64,000 nt of DNA from contig OZ237742.1 of assembly GCA_965178125.1 (NCBI GenBank), positions 806,001 to 870,000 on the forward strand, given 5' to 3'. A program made the translations under genes and the position numbers. Numbering within the stretch: the first letter of the stretch is position 1; every line of letters starts with the position of its first letter. This DNA comes from Bilabrum cf. latius (taxonomy: Eukaryota). This document shows, piece by piece, positions 51,968 to 64,000 of the stretch. The notes under the pieces were generated by a model that was not told the origin of the DNA, did not search any database, and saw nothing but the letters and a program-made list of their open reading frames with translations.

Positions 51968-54172
51968 ATGCGAGAATCAGTTTCAAATAAAAATCCTTTG
52001 ACTGACAGCACTCTGGATAAGCCATGCTGCTTTGGTTTGTACACGGAACGCGACTGCGTAGAGCGCGATTGGACCTGGGTTTTCGTTGACCTGGCGACTG
52101 TTCTGCTTGGCGGAGTCGTGGCTGTTGGGAGCTTCGGCACCTGGCTACAGGATCCGGACAGGAGCACAGGAGGAGTTGAAACTTGGAGGATCCCAGCACT
52201 GGTAGCGATTACAATCGTTGCCGCGCCAGTGTGTCGCCTGGTCCAAGCTGCCGTATTTCGTTGCTTGCAGTAGTGCAACTGTTCCCAGATCTGTCGAGAC
52301 ATCAACTTCATGCTTGGATCTTTTGAAGGCATCCCAGCCATGCTTTGCCTAACGGCTATTGCCGGATGGATTGCCGCTGGACCAGTCCTCGACCTGCCAT
52401 CGGGTGGACTTTCGGGAGAGCAGCAGCAGACGCAGGGTCAGATCAGTCGCGCGTTCGGATGCATCCTGACCGTGTCGCTATTATTGGGGGGTAGAATTGC
52501 CATTGTGAGGTACTTTTTGTGGGGCGTGCTGAAACGGGCAGCGTAGGAGCAGGCACATCAGCTCGATCGGCTGCAGGCAGTTGCACTGCTGCTCACCGCC
52601 TCCCTCCGACCGGATTGGCAGTGGCCAACCGTCCCGTGGAGTAGCGGAAGCGCCGACTCAAGCAGTCGTCAGAGCGGAAACGAAGCCCCCGATTCCAACG
52701 ATGGCCCACCGGGTGCTCGAGTCACGACCAACGTGCTCCTGGCGCACGACACCACCGCAGCTTCTGGCTCTGGCTCGCATTTCGCCGGCGGTGTGCCCGT
52801 CCAGCCGCGCTCGGGAACTGCCGGCTCCGCCCTCCCAGAAGATCCCGAGCACGCGCAGGCTCGCCTCCGCCGCATCCACCTCAAGGTGCTTGACGGGCGG
52901 GGGAGGGAGCACGCTATTCGGAGGGAGGACCTCGCCCGAGCAGTTGCTCGAGGAGCATTCCGGGCGCTGGCAAGGGGAAAACTAGCTTCCACTGGGGCTT
53001 CCGGGTCGGGAGGCAGCAGCGGTAAAGAGGACAGGGCGGTCCGTGTGGAGACTGCTTCCGTGGCGCGCGATGGCCCAATCGCGGGGAGCGCGGCGGCGTC
53101 CGTATCCGCTGGGGAGGTGCCGGGCATCGCGCGGGATGCTTCGTCAGGCGCCGGGGTCGGGCTGCTCGCCCGGGGCATGTCATCGATCGTGGGGTCCGGC
53201 TGGAGCACAAGCCACCGGATCAGCGACAGCGGGGAGGAAGGTGACGAGGAGCTCGAGCTGGTGGAGCACGATTTCAGGCTGCTGCTGCAGGACCCTGACC
53301 TCACCGACGATGTGTTCCCCTACTTTGACGTGTCCGAGAACGGGAGTGTCAGCATTGGGGAGTTTGAGGCGGGCTTCGCCAAGATATTCAGGACGTTCCA
53401 GGCTGCCAAGTCTTCCGTGACGGGAGGCGGCGCCGTGTCGAGCGCGATGGACACCGTGGCCGACGCGGCCTTCTACGTGCTTGCCGTGGTGATCATCCTC
53501 ACCTACGCTCACGTGCCCGTCAACAGCATTTTCGTGCCCATCGCCTCGATCATCCTGGCCTCTTCCTTTGCGCTGGGACCCGTCATTTCGGACACTGTGG
53601 CGTCCTTCGTGTTCGTGGTCATGGTGCGCGCATACGATGTGGGCGACAGGATCGTGGCAGAGGGGGTGAGAGACGAGCAGGTGCTCGTGGTGGAGGCAGT
53701 GGACATCCTCACCACCACCTTTACCATGCCTGCGACCGGTCGCAGGGTCACGGTGCCCAACCACAAGCTGGCGGGGACGTCCATCGAGAACCTCAAGAGA
53801 TCCCCGAGGGTCATCCTCACCAGCGCTGTGCAGGTCGCCCACGATACGACGGCCGCTCAGATCGACGCCATCAGGGCAGACGTCGAGTCCCTCGTCTCCA
53901 ACCCAGCGCGGGCCAAGGAGTGGAAGCCCGGCGTGAAGCTAACCGTTGAGAGCGTGGAGGGCAAGGGGGACGGCTGCTCTCAGCTCAAGCTGAGGCTGCA
54001 GGCCAGGCCCAGGAGGGGGTGGCAGGAGCTGCACAAGGTGAGGAGGGCACAGTCGGAGCTCCTGCTTCGGTTCGTGGACAGCATGCGCGCCCGCGGGGTG
54101 CATTTTCTCACAGATGAGATGGGCGAGGCGGGCGCGGGCAGGATGCGGGGCAGGTCAGGGACGGCAAGGTAA
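51968..54172 (+). CDS. Small-conductance mechanosensitive channel (MscS family) with an EF-hand-like motif
   Basis: FDVSENGSVSIGEF, SFALG...D.VAS.VFV...RAYDVGDRI and VPN..L....IEN..RS. TAGs at 52271 and 52544; ends TAA. Confidence 0.88.
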
Positions 54173-54408
54173 GTCGCACGGTTGGACGGGACCTGATGTG
54201 GTGCTTGAGTTGCGCAAGCCGGGGCAAGCGTAGGCTCGGCGCATAGGCAATGTATGTGGCCCCGACCTGCAGAGCGCCTTCGCACAAGAAGTATGATTGG
54301 TTTCCCTGTCCAAAACAGAGTACAAACGCATGTACTGCAAAAATAACACCAACCGACCGTCCTGCAAAGAAAGAGCCTATTCGGAGCCCCCCCAATTGCT
54401 CGCGCGCA

Positions 54409-55263
54409 TCATCGGGCGTTCGCTGCGCCTGCCGCCGCCTGCCGCGCCAAATCGGGATTGTCCCTGGCTGTCTGCATGGCGGCCTGTCCCGCCCTCTGCG
54501 CCACCTGGGGGTTCCTCTGCAGGTATCCAGCGATCTCGCTCTCCGCAGTGGTCTTCTTCTCGTCAGGGCTGCCGTAAAACTGCCCACCCGGCTGGTAGGC
54601 TGGGTGCACGCAGAATACGTACATGTTCAGGAAGGCGTTGACCATGGTGATTGCAGCCACAATGTAGCCTAGCCAGTAGCCCAGCGACAGGCACACGGTG
54701 GCTGTGAAGAAAATGAAGATCGACCGGCCAGTCACGGTGAACATGAATCCAAAACCGGCCCTGATCCTTGGCTGGATATTGCTAATGTTAAGCTCCACAC
54801 ATGTGATCATTAAGCCAAAAAATCTGCAGTGAGGATCCGAGCATACGAGGGCGAGACGCTTTGCAAAAGTCCTGGGAGCGGGGATGCGCAGTAGCACGAC
54901 GCAGGATTCCTTCTTACACTGTGTACGCCGACACAACAATCTCTGTGAATCCAACTTTCAATGTACCGACAAAAAAGAGGATCACAGCGGCTGTAATCAT
55001 CAGTAGCCCATTTAGAATATTTGTCATGCGAAGGGTGCGCTGCGCCTGGTTGTCTGTCCAAGCCTTTACATTCCTGCATAGACAAACGATGAATTTGTAT
55101 TATCAAGTAACGTCTAACCTAGAGGCAGCACCGCACGATCTGTGCTCTGCAGGTCTGCCAGATGATCTCACATCCAGCTCGAGGATTCTCCACCGTTCTC
55201 TCCGCCTTCGCCACCCCCAGCAGCGGGCGCAGGCTCCGCAAATGGATTCTCCTATGCTGACAT
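54409..55263 (-). CDS. COPI-associated / TVP15-like Golgi membrane protein, 2 introns
   Basis: LRMTNILNG, Y.V|FFGLMI.CVEL, FGFMFT..GRSIFIFF and HP motifs. TAG is the 4th codon (55252); ends TGA. Confidence 0.8.
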
Positions 55264-55425
55264 GGCTAGTGGGCAGGCGAAATTCTGTCGCCTTGTGCGG
55301 GTATACTGCTTCTGGCATGTTTCGTCGGAAAAATCAGTTTTCTTTTTTGTAGTGTGTCATTCGTCACTTGAAATTCAAGTATCCAACAATTGTACATTTC
55401 TCGTCTCTCTGAAGACATATCCACA

Positions 55426-57282
<1,857 letters not shown>

Positions 57283-57476
57283 AGACTGCGCGTTTCGAGG
57301 TCGGGGAGTGGGAGGGAGGAGGGGTGCGCTGCGCTCTGTTCGTATGTGGATGATGATACGTCTTGTTTCGTTTAGTCCCGCGCCAACAAATTGAGAGATT
57401 GCCGGCTGCACCGGTGTGAAGGTTCGCCATGCAAGGTGTGGCGACAACACGAACCACCGACACGTCACCCGATAGC

Positions 57477-60400
57477 ATGGCTCGATCCAATGACCAATAT
57501 AGCTACAAGGTGCCTGTAGTACTTGTAGCAGGTTTTCTTGCACCTTCCAAGTGAGTGTCGTCCAGAGGGGCGCGTCTTCATGTTACATATTGCCCAAAGT
57601 CCGTGTCTTCCAAAGTCGTTTGACACCTGGGCCGCAGGGACTGTGAGACGTATTGGGGATATGCCACGAGGCAACGGGGTATGCGAACAATTAGTGCTCG
57701 CCTATCACCAGTAGCTAGCTCGTGGGAGCGCGCATGCTAGCTTTTCTATTAGCTCAAAGGGGGCCGGATAGATTACGGGGCTCGCCATTCCAGGGCGTTC
57801 AATGTTGAGAGGTTTGGCCACGATTTTGGAGAAGGACTGTACCCGGAATGGAACGAATCTAACCCCATTCACTTGGTTGGACATTCTTTCGGCGGACAGA
57901 GCGCACGTGTCCTCCAACAGATGCTAGAAGACGGAGAGTTTGCAGGTGAGATTCTGTCGTCGTGCGGGAATACGCCCCGCGAGGCTGGCTGCACATGCAC
58001 CTCTAGTCATGCACGTTATTAATTGTTGCAGGTTATGACACATCGTCTCGGTGGGTGCTGAGCATCGCATGCATCAGTTCGCCTTTGAATGGCAGCGTAA
58101 GGTGTTGGATATCCGAGCGCCACACTTGCTTCTGAGCATTTACTGAGCACGTATCTGCAATTATTGCCATGTCTATTTGCTAGAGCAGCTTGCTGTCTAT
58201 CCATTGGGGGCAAAGTCGGATGTGCTGGGTCAGTGGGTCGGCAAAATCCTTGCTAATACGACCAGCCGCGCTGCGATGCGAGCCGCCCAGCAGGAAAGGA
58301 CCAGTGGTGTTTACCCGCGAGAAATTCCCTCCGAAGATCCATCGCGATCAAATGCACCCCTGTCTCACAGCAACGAGCCGTCGAAAGATGCCGGACTCCC
58401 GGCATCGCAATCTGCCCCTTGCCTCCCTCAAGTCGCTGCAAGCGCACCATGCGGCCGAGAGGCGAGCAGCGCCGCCAGCGGCAGCGCCTGTGCCAGCGCC
58501 ACTGACGAGGTACCACTCGGAGAGAAACCAAGAAGTACGGACGAGCGCGCACCGAGGAGCAGCGGCAGTAGGGCGATCGCTTCGACGGTTGCTCTGGTTC
58601 CGCCTTCGCAGCATGGCTCGCAGGCTGGGCAGTCTGCCCGGACGTCGCTTGCGCAGTGGCAGCCCCACCTTCCCGTCAGGTGGTTTTCTGCAGGATTTTC
58701 CCTGGGAGTCCTGATCCAAGGTCTGGAGTTCCTCGACAGCCCCGCCCTGCGCGGCACAGGGCTCGATTTCGTGATGCAGCACCACAAGCTCTCCCGCAGG
58801 CATGGGTTGACGCTGGGCTGCCTCCGCCTCTTGCGCGCACTTAACCCATGCTCTCGCGGAAGCAGGCTCTTTCAGAACACCAACACGGCTCCTTTTGACC
58901 TATCAGTGCACGGATCATTCCTGTGGAATGCTAGGATCAGGCACTACCACCACACGTACTACTTCTCATTCGTGGGCGACGGAGCCATGGGACCCGAGGA
59001 GGACCTAGCGAGCGACCAGAACACCGGCAGTTCGGTCGCGTGGTCGCACGACAGGCGCTACCCCCAGGGACTCCTGAAGGCTGGCCAGGAATGTCTCCAA
59101 GGACCTGAAGGGGCTGCGCGAAGGACAGCGGCAATGGGTGCCTGCGCACCATCGTGCAGTGCAGCTGCCAGGCATCTTCCCCCCCGTGCCGCTGCCGCTG
59201 CTGCGTGCACCTTCCCAGCTGCGCCGGGTCTTCTCTCGCCTGGATGCAGCGATGCTGGCCGCGCTGCATCCAGTCAGGACTAGCCAGATGATGACATTGA
59301 AACAGGGGTGGCTCCGCATTGCTGCGCCGCTGGACCGCAGACGGACGTTGCATCGTCCTCAGGGCAGAGCACGCTCAGCGATGCAGGCGAATCAGGCCTG
59401 CACTCCTCTCGCTCTACCAGCCCAAGCGCAGCAAGCCACGCCTCATTATCATGGAGATCAGAGTCAGGCGCTGCTTCCAGATCGTCTAGTTAGGATGGAT
59501 TGGAAGGAGGCGCATCGGACACTGCTGAGATGACGACGGCATCCATCAGAGCCTGGCCGAGCCGCCCCAGGAGAGCCAAGAGGAAGAGCAGCAGGAGAGC
59601 CCAGCCAGCGAGGCAGCCTAACTGCGCAATGACCTCGATTCAGCACGCCTTTGCGTGCTTCTACGTGGTACTGGGCTGGCTCGGCGCGATGCTTACGACT
59701 GTGGGAGTGGCGCGGGACCTCGTGTCATGGTCGGGCAAGGTGTTCTGGGCCGCCACACGCTCCTTTGGGTCCTCTGCTGGTTGCGGCTGCGGCTGCGGCT
59801 GCGGCTGCTGGGCTTAGAGGTGCGTAGATGCGGACCGTGGCAACACCCAAAACTCGTCTATCCACTCGGGCGCGATTGACAGGACCAGCGGTACTATGGC
59901 AGCAGGCGGTCAGGAGGAGGGCAGCAACCGCGTCATGGAGGTCCAGGACGCATCTGCATCTGACACTCTCGATTCTACCTCGATTGATCCTGCAGCAGGC
60001 ACTGATGGGACTGGCCCCGAACATGTTGATGAGGTGGCCTGGTGGCCGGTGGTGCCCAGCCGTCCAGATGCGTACGTGAACACGGGAGGCGAGATGCTGC
60101 GCTGCAAGTAGGGGAGAGTGCCGCACGCGACGTGGCTGGCGTGGGCCTCAGAGCAGCTGGCCCTCCCCGCGGTGAAAACTGTGCTGCTGCGGGGAATGTA
60201 CGAGGCTGTGCGGTTCTGGCCGTGGAGAGAAGAGGACTTCAGGATGATGTACCCTGGCTTTTAGGTCAAGAGCTGGCTGCGCGGCGGCCACGACGGGCTG
60301 TGCGGGGTCAAGACACAGGCCTTTCCCATTGTGTGCAGGGGTGACGGGACGGACGAAGTGATCGCACCTGCCGGTGCGATGCTGGGTCCTGCCGAGGCGG

Positions 60401-60783
60401 TGAAGAACGGGTCCACAGATTCCGATGCCTGTGGGGAGCAGCAAGCTGCGAGGAGAACGGCCTCGTCCGACCTCAGGAGGTGGGGCAGGGACGGTGACTC
60501 ATCAGGCCGCTCCACACAGGTGTGCCTGCCTGCCGTGCCCAAGCGCTGGATTCCTCCACATCGGTTTGGCCCCATTCCAGCGCATGCCAGCGACGTGCGG
60601 CCTGGCGTGTGGTATGTCCGGCGAGTGGCTGTGGACCACGTGAGCATCGTCCCGGCGTAGCACGACAGCATCGCGCAGCAGTCCCTGTTTAAGGAGCTAT
60701 TTGCGGGGCTCCGGCGAGCAGAGGAGAGGTGGAGAGCCATGAAGGAGGCGGAAGAGCACCTTCTGGAGATGGATGCGTTCTAA
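57477..60783 (+). CDS. Lipase, alpha/beta hydrolase related to bacterial family I.5/I.6 lipases, with long low-complexity insertions; 3 introns
   Basis: PVVLVAGFL, YWG, SSWERAC*LFY*LKGGRIDYG..H, GLYPEW...PIHLVGHSFGGQ, SSPLNGS, FDLS, HDGL...TQ and GVW...DH. TAGs at 57738, 57750, 59281, 59491, 59815, 60109, 60262 and 60658; ends TAA. Confidence 0.88.
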
Positions 60784-61255
60784 TTGATTGAGTTGTTGCC
60801 ATAGCCTGCAACCACTAATGCAACTTCACCTGGTAGCTTTCAAATCTCCGACATTACTGCCACGTAAGCAAGGTCCGCCGATCTCAGACCTCATCGCGTC
60901 ACCCATTTCTTTGTGTCAGCTTTGTCAGGCCCACCAAGCCAGATACGACAGCTCGGCGGTAAATGCACGCAACAACGCCGAGCGGAGCGAGCAACCCGAG
61001 CCGTCCGGAACACACACCACTCGCAGAAGCCAAATCAGAGACTGTGAGTGTACAAGAAACGATTTCGATTCGTATCATTCGATTTGGTCTGAATGCGCAA
61101 TCTGTTGCCTCGAATCGAATCACAGTGGAATAGAGATGATCTGCTGCGACTTGATGATGCTCGCTCCTCGCCGATCCTCGCAGTGCCTGTGTTATCCCAC
61201 CACAGGCAAGCTACTTGCGATCGCGTCCTTGTCACGTTGTCGAAATAGCATCATC

Positions 61256-62464
61256 ATGCGGATCGGCATCAACACTCTAGCCCGACACGCCGGTCGACGG
61301 ATGGCTCAAGCAATCAAGGGCAGGACACCAAGCGGCATGATGATGATGCCTCGCCAGCTCTGCATGCGGTCCATCGCCGGATCGGCCAGAGCTCTCCATA
61401 CCATTGACACGCCCCAGCATGACCCGCACACCGAGCCACATCTAGACTCGCAAGACGCCCAAAGCCCGGTCGTCGACCTCCCAAGCCCAGGCAGCCAGGA
61501 CCACGTGATGCAGGCGGCCAGCCAGGCCCTGGACTCCCTGCAAGAGGCATCAGCCAGCGCCAGCGAGGCTGTGGCACGCATGGATGCATTCGTCGCCGCC
61601 GCCGAGACAGCCGCGCCCGCCCATCAGGCGCTGGCGGCGGCCGAGGAGGCGGTGCGGGCGTCGATGAAATGCATGGAGCTGGACGGGAAGGCGAGCATGG
61701 CGGTTGATCCAGGTGCGGCCAGCTCTGTGGGCCAGTATGTGGATGCGCTGGGCCCGGCGGAGGATGCGCTGAGGCAGGTGCGTGCGTCGGCAGAGAAGGC
61801 GGGCGCTGCTGCGGATGCGATGCTTCGTCACATGGAGGGTCTGGGCATGGAGGCGAGCCGGGCGGCGGGGGAGGAGGCCGGCAGGGGGGTGCTGTCTTGG
61901 GAAGATGGGGACGAGGATGAGAAGGAAAAGGTAGAAGATATCATATTCGATAAAATCTATCACCGACTAGAAGTGAAGTGCGAGCAGCAGGGATACGCGT
62001 GCGGTCTCATGGCGTCAAGCGAGGAGGATGCCATGTCCGCAGGGTCTGATATTGGCGATGAGCTGTCATGCGCAGACATAGATGAAACATCATGTGACGT
62101 TGGAGAAGAGCTGGGAGAGAAGGAGGGCGCCAAGCTGGGATGGGAGGCCGGGTTCAGGGTCGGAGGGTACGTGGGTGGCGAGATCGGCAGGCGGGCGGGA
62201 GCAAAGGCTGGCACTGAGCATGGCAGTGAAGTAGCATACAACATCGCTTCCGATCACTTCGATGGAAGTGACAATACATGTATGGGCGAAGCAAGTGGGT
62301 GGGCCTAGGAAGGCTTTCTGGACAAGCAGGGCAAGGACAAGGCGTGGCTGGCGCAGCTGTGCAAGGACAAGCCGTGGCTGGATTACAAAGAGATTGTGTG
62401 GTATTGGGATGAGCAGGAGAGAGAAGAGAAGCAGTCCGAGGAAGCCCCGTCCAAGGAAGCGTGA
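61256..62464 (+). CDS. Unknown Ala-rich protein, copy 1, with a presequence-like N-terminus
   Basis: Open frame with an Arg-rich, acid-free N-terminus. TAG at 62306 reads through to TGA 62462-62464. A paralogous copy lies 1,894 bp downstream. Confidence 0.6.
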
Positions 62465-63149
62465 TGGGCTCACTGGCACCTTGGGATGCAGCAGCCTGCG
62501 TTCCATGACCGGTCTTGCACTGGCCAATTCTGTACAATGTGGTAAACTACTCGCCATCCTTGCCCGAGCAAGGTCCCTCGATCTAGCACCTCACCACCTC
62601 ACCCATAGCCACAGCATATCAGCGGCCTACTCCCTCCACCTGCTGGTGGTGTGTGCCAGAGGCAGGCCCTCAGCGCCTCGACTTGTTGAGTGCACACGGG
62701 ACGCCAAGGACATGGAGGAGGAGGATGATACCCTTGCAGGGCTGAGGCTGGTCATTGCTAGCCACTGTGCAGCCGCGCCAGTGCCAGTCCGCATCAGGCT
62801 CACCGGCCAGGCCGGGACCAGCCAGCCAGCCAGGCAGTCCAACAGCTCGGCGGTAAATGCACGCAACAACGCCGAGCGGAGCGAGGTCCTCGAGCCGTCC
62901 CGAACACACACCACTGGCAGAAGCCAAACCAGAGACTGTGAGTGTACAAGAAACGATTTCGATTCATATCATTCGATTTGGTCTGAATGCTCCATCTGTT
63001 GCCTAGAATCGAATCACAGTTGAATAGAGATGATCTGCTGCGACTTGATGATGCTCGCTCCTCGCCGATCCTCGCAGTGCCTGTGTTATCCCACCACAGG
63101 CAAGCTACTTGCGATCGCGTCCTTGTCACGTTGTCGAAATAGCATCATC

Positions 63150-64000
63150 ATGCGGATCGGCATCGACACTCTAGCCCGACACGCCGGTCGAAGGATGGCT
63201 CAAGCAATCAAGGGCAGGACAGCCAGCGGCATGATGATGATGCCTCGCCAGCTCTGCATGCGGTCCATCGCCGGATCGGCCAGAGCTCTCCATACCATTG
63301 ACACGCCCCAGCATGACCCGCACACCGAGCCACATCTAGACTCGCAAGACGCCCAAAGCCCGGTCGTCGACCTCCCAAGCCCAGGCAGCCAGGACCACGT
63401 GATGCAGGCGGCCAGCCAGGCCCTGGGCTCCCTGCAAGAGGCATCAGCCAGCGCCAGCGAGGCTGTGGCACGCATGGATGCATTCGTCGCCGCCGCCGAG
63501 ACAGCCGCGCCCGCCCATCAGGCGCTGGCGGCGGCCGAGGAGGCGGTGCGGGCGTCGATGAAATGCATGGAGCTGGACGGGAAGGCGAGCATGGCGGTTG
63601 ATCCAGGTGCGGCCAGCTCTGTGGGCCAGTATGTGGATGCGCTGGGCCCGGCGGAGGATGCGCTGAGGCAGGTGCGTGCGTCGGCAGAGAAGGCGGGCGC
63701 TGCTGCGGATGCGATGCTTCGTCACATGGAGGGTCTGGGCATGGAGGCGAGCCGGGCGGCGGGGGAGGAGGCCGGCAGTGGGGTGCTGTCTTGGGAAGAT
63801 GGGGACGAGGATGAGAAGGAAAAGGTAGAGGAAGAAATCAATTCAGCAATTAACGATGTATTGATGCTCAAATGCGAGCAGCGAGGATACGAGTGCGGTC
63901 TCATGACGTCAAACGTGTTTCATGCCTAGGATATTGGGTCTGATATTGGCGACCAGCTGTCATGCGCAGACATAGATGAAACATCATGTGAGGTAGGAAG
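63150..64000 (+). CDS. Unknown Ala-rich protein, copy 2 (runs off the window)
   Basis: Near-identical to copy 1. After TAG 63927 the frame continues DIGSDIGDQLSCADIDETSCEVG, matching copy 1 GSDIGDELSCADIDETSCDVG. Confidence 0.65.

Larger units (their letters stand above)
60948..64000 (+). repeat. Tandem segmental duplication with a 1,894-bp period (~60948-62106 vs ~62842-64000)
   Basis: acagctcggcggtaaatgcacgcaacaacgccgagcggagcga... begins both copies. The upstream region and the CDS are duplicated together. Confidence 0.95.

Noticed and set aside
30066-54172. OSCA and MscS channels as a functional mechanosensing cluster
   Set aside because: They are about 18 kb apart with unrelated genes between, and there is no evidence of linkage beyond chance.
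60788-61255. N-terminal extension of the 506-aa ORF
   Set aside because: It starts at TTG, and the paralogous copy has an in-frame TGA at 63021 in the equivalent region. It is probably promoter or UTR.

Overview
Gene-dense, GC-rich eukaryotic nuclear DNA (protist-like; a stramenopile such as a bicosoecid is my guess, not demonstrated) with short GT-AG introns and about 24 protein-coding genes. The main result is a non-standard nuclear genetic code: TAG is a sense codon, almost certainly glutamine, while TAA and TGA remain stops. In-frame TAGs interrupt 22 of the 23 complete genes (all but PGAM). They fall at conserved Gln positions (peptidase S28 'Y**RYY' = FQQRY; lipase 'LFY*LKGG' = FYQLKGG; ERD2-like 'SLKTM*LY'; HSF 'G*SF') and inside poly-CAG runs. 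The supplied ORF track is therefore fragmented. Reading TAG as Gln joins the pieces into complete genes: a signal-peptide ankyrin protein, TMEM8-like protein, peptidase S28, PGAM, a ~2,300 aa HSF, a METTL2/6-like methyltransferase, a cNMP-domain protein, a CX5R phosphatase, a PHO84-like transporter, OSCA/TMEM63, ERD2-like, YIP1, a WD40 protein with 27 AAEEEAAAKK repeats, an Ndc1-like protein, Tctex, glyoxalase II, an RBR E3 ligase, MscS, a TVP15/COPI-associated protein, RBBP4, a lipase, a hypothetical gene and a tandemly duplicated unknown gene. No tRNA, rRNA, CRISPR array or transposon was recognised. All calls come from reading the sequence by eye; no database search was run.
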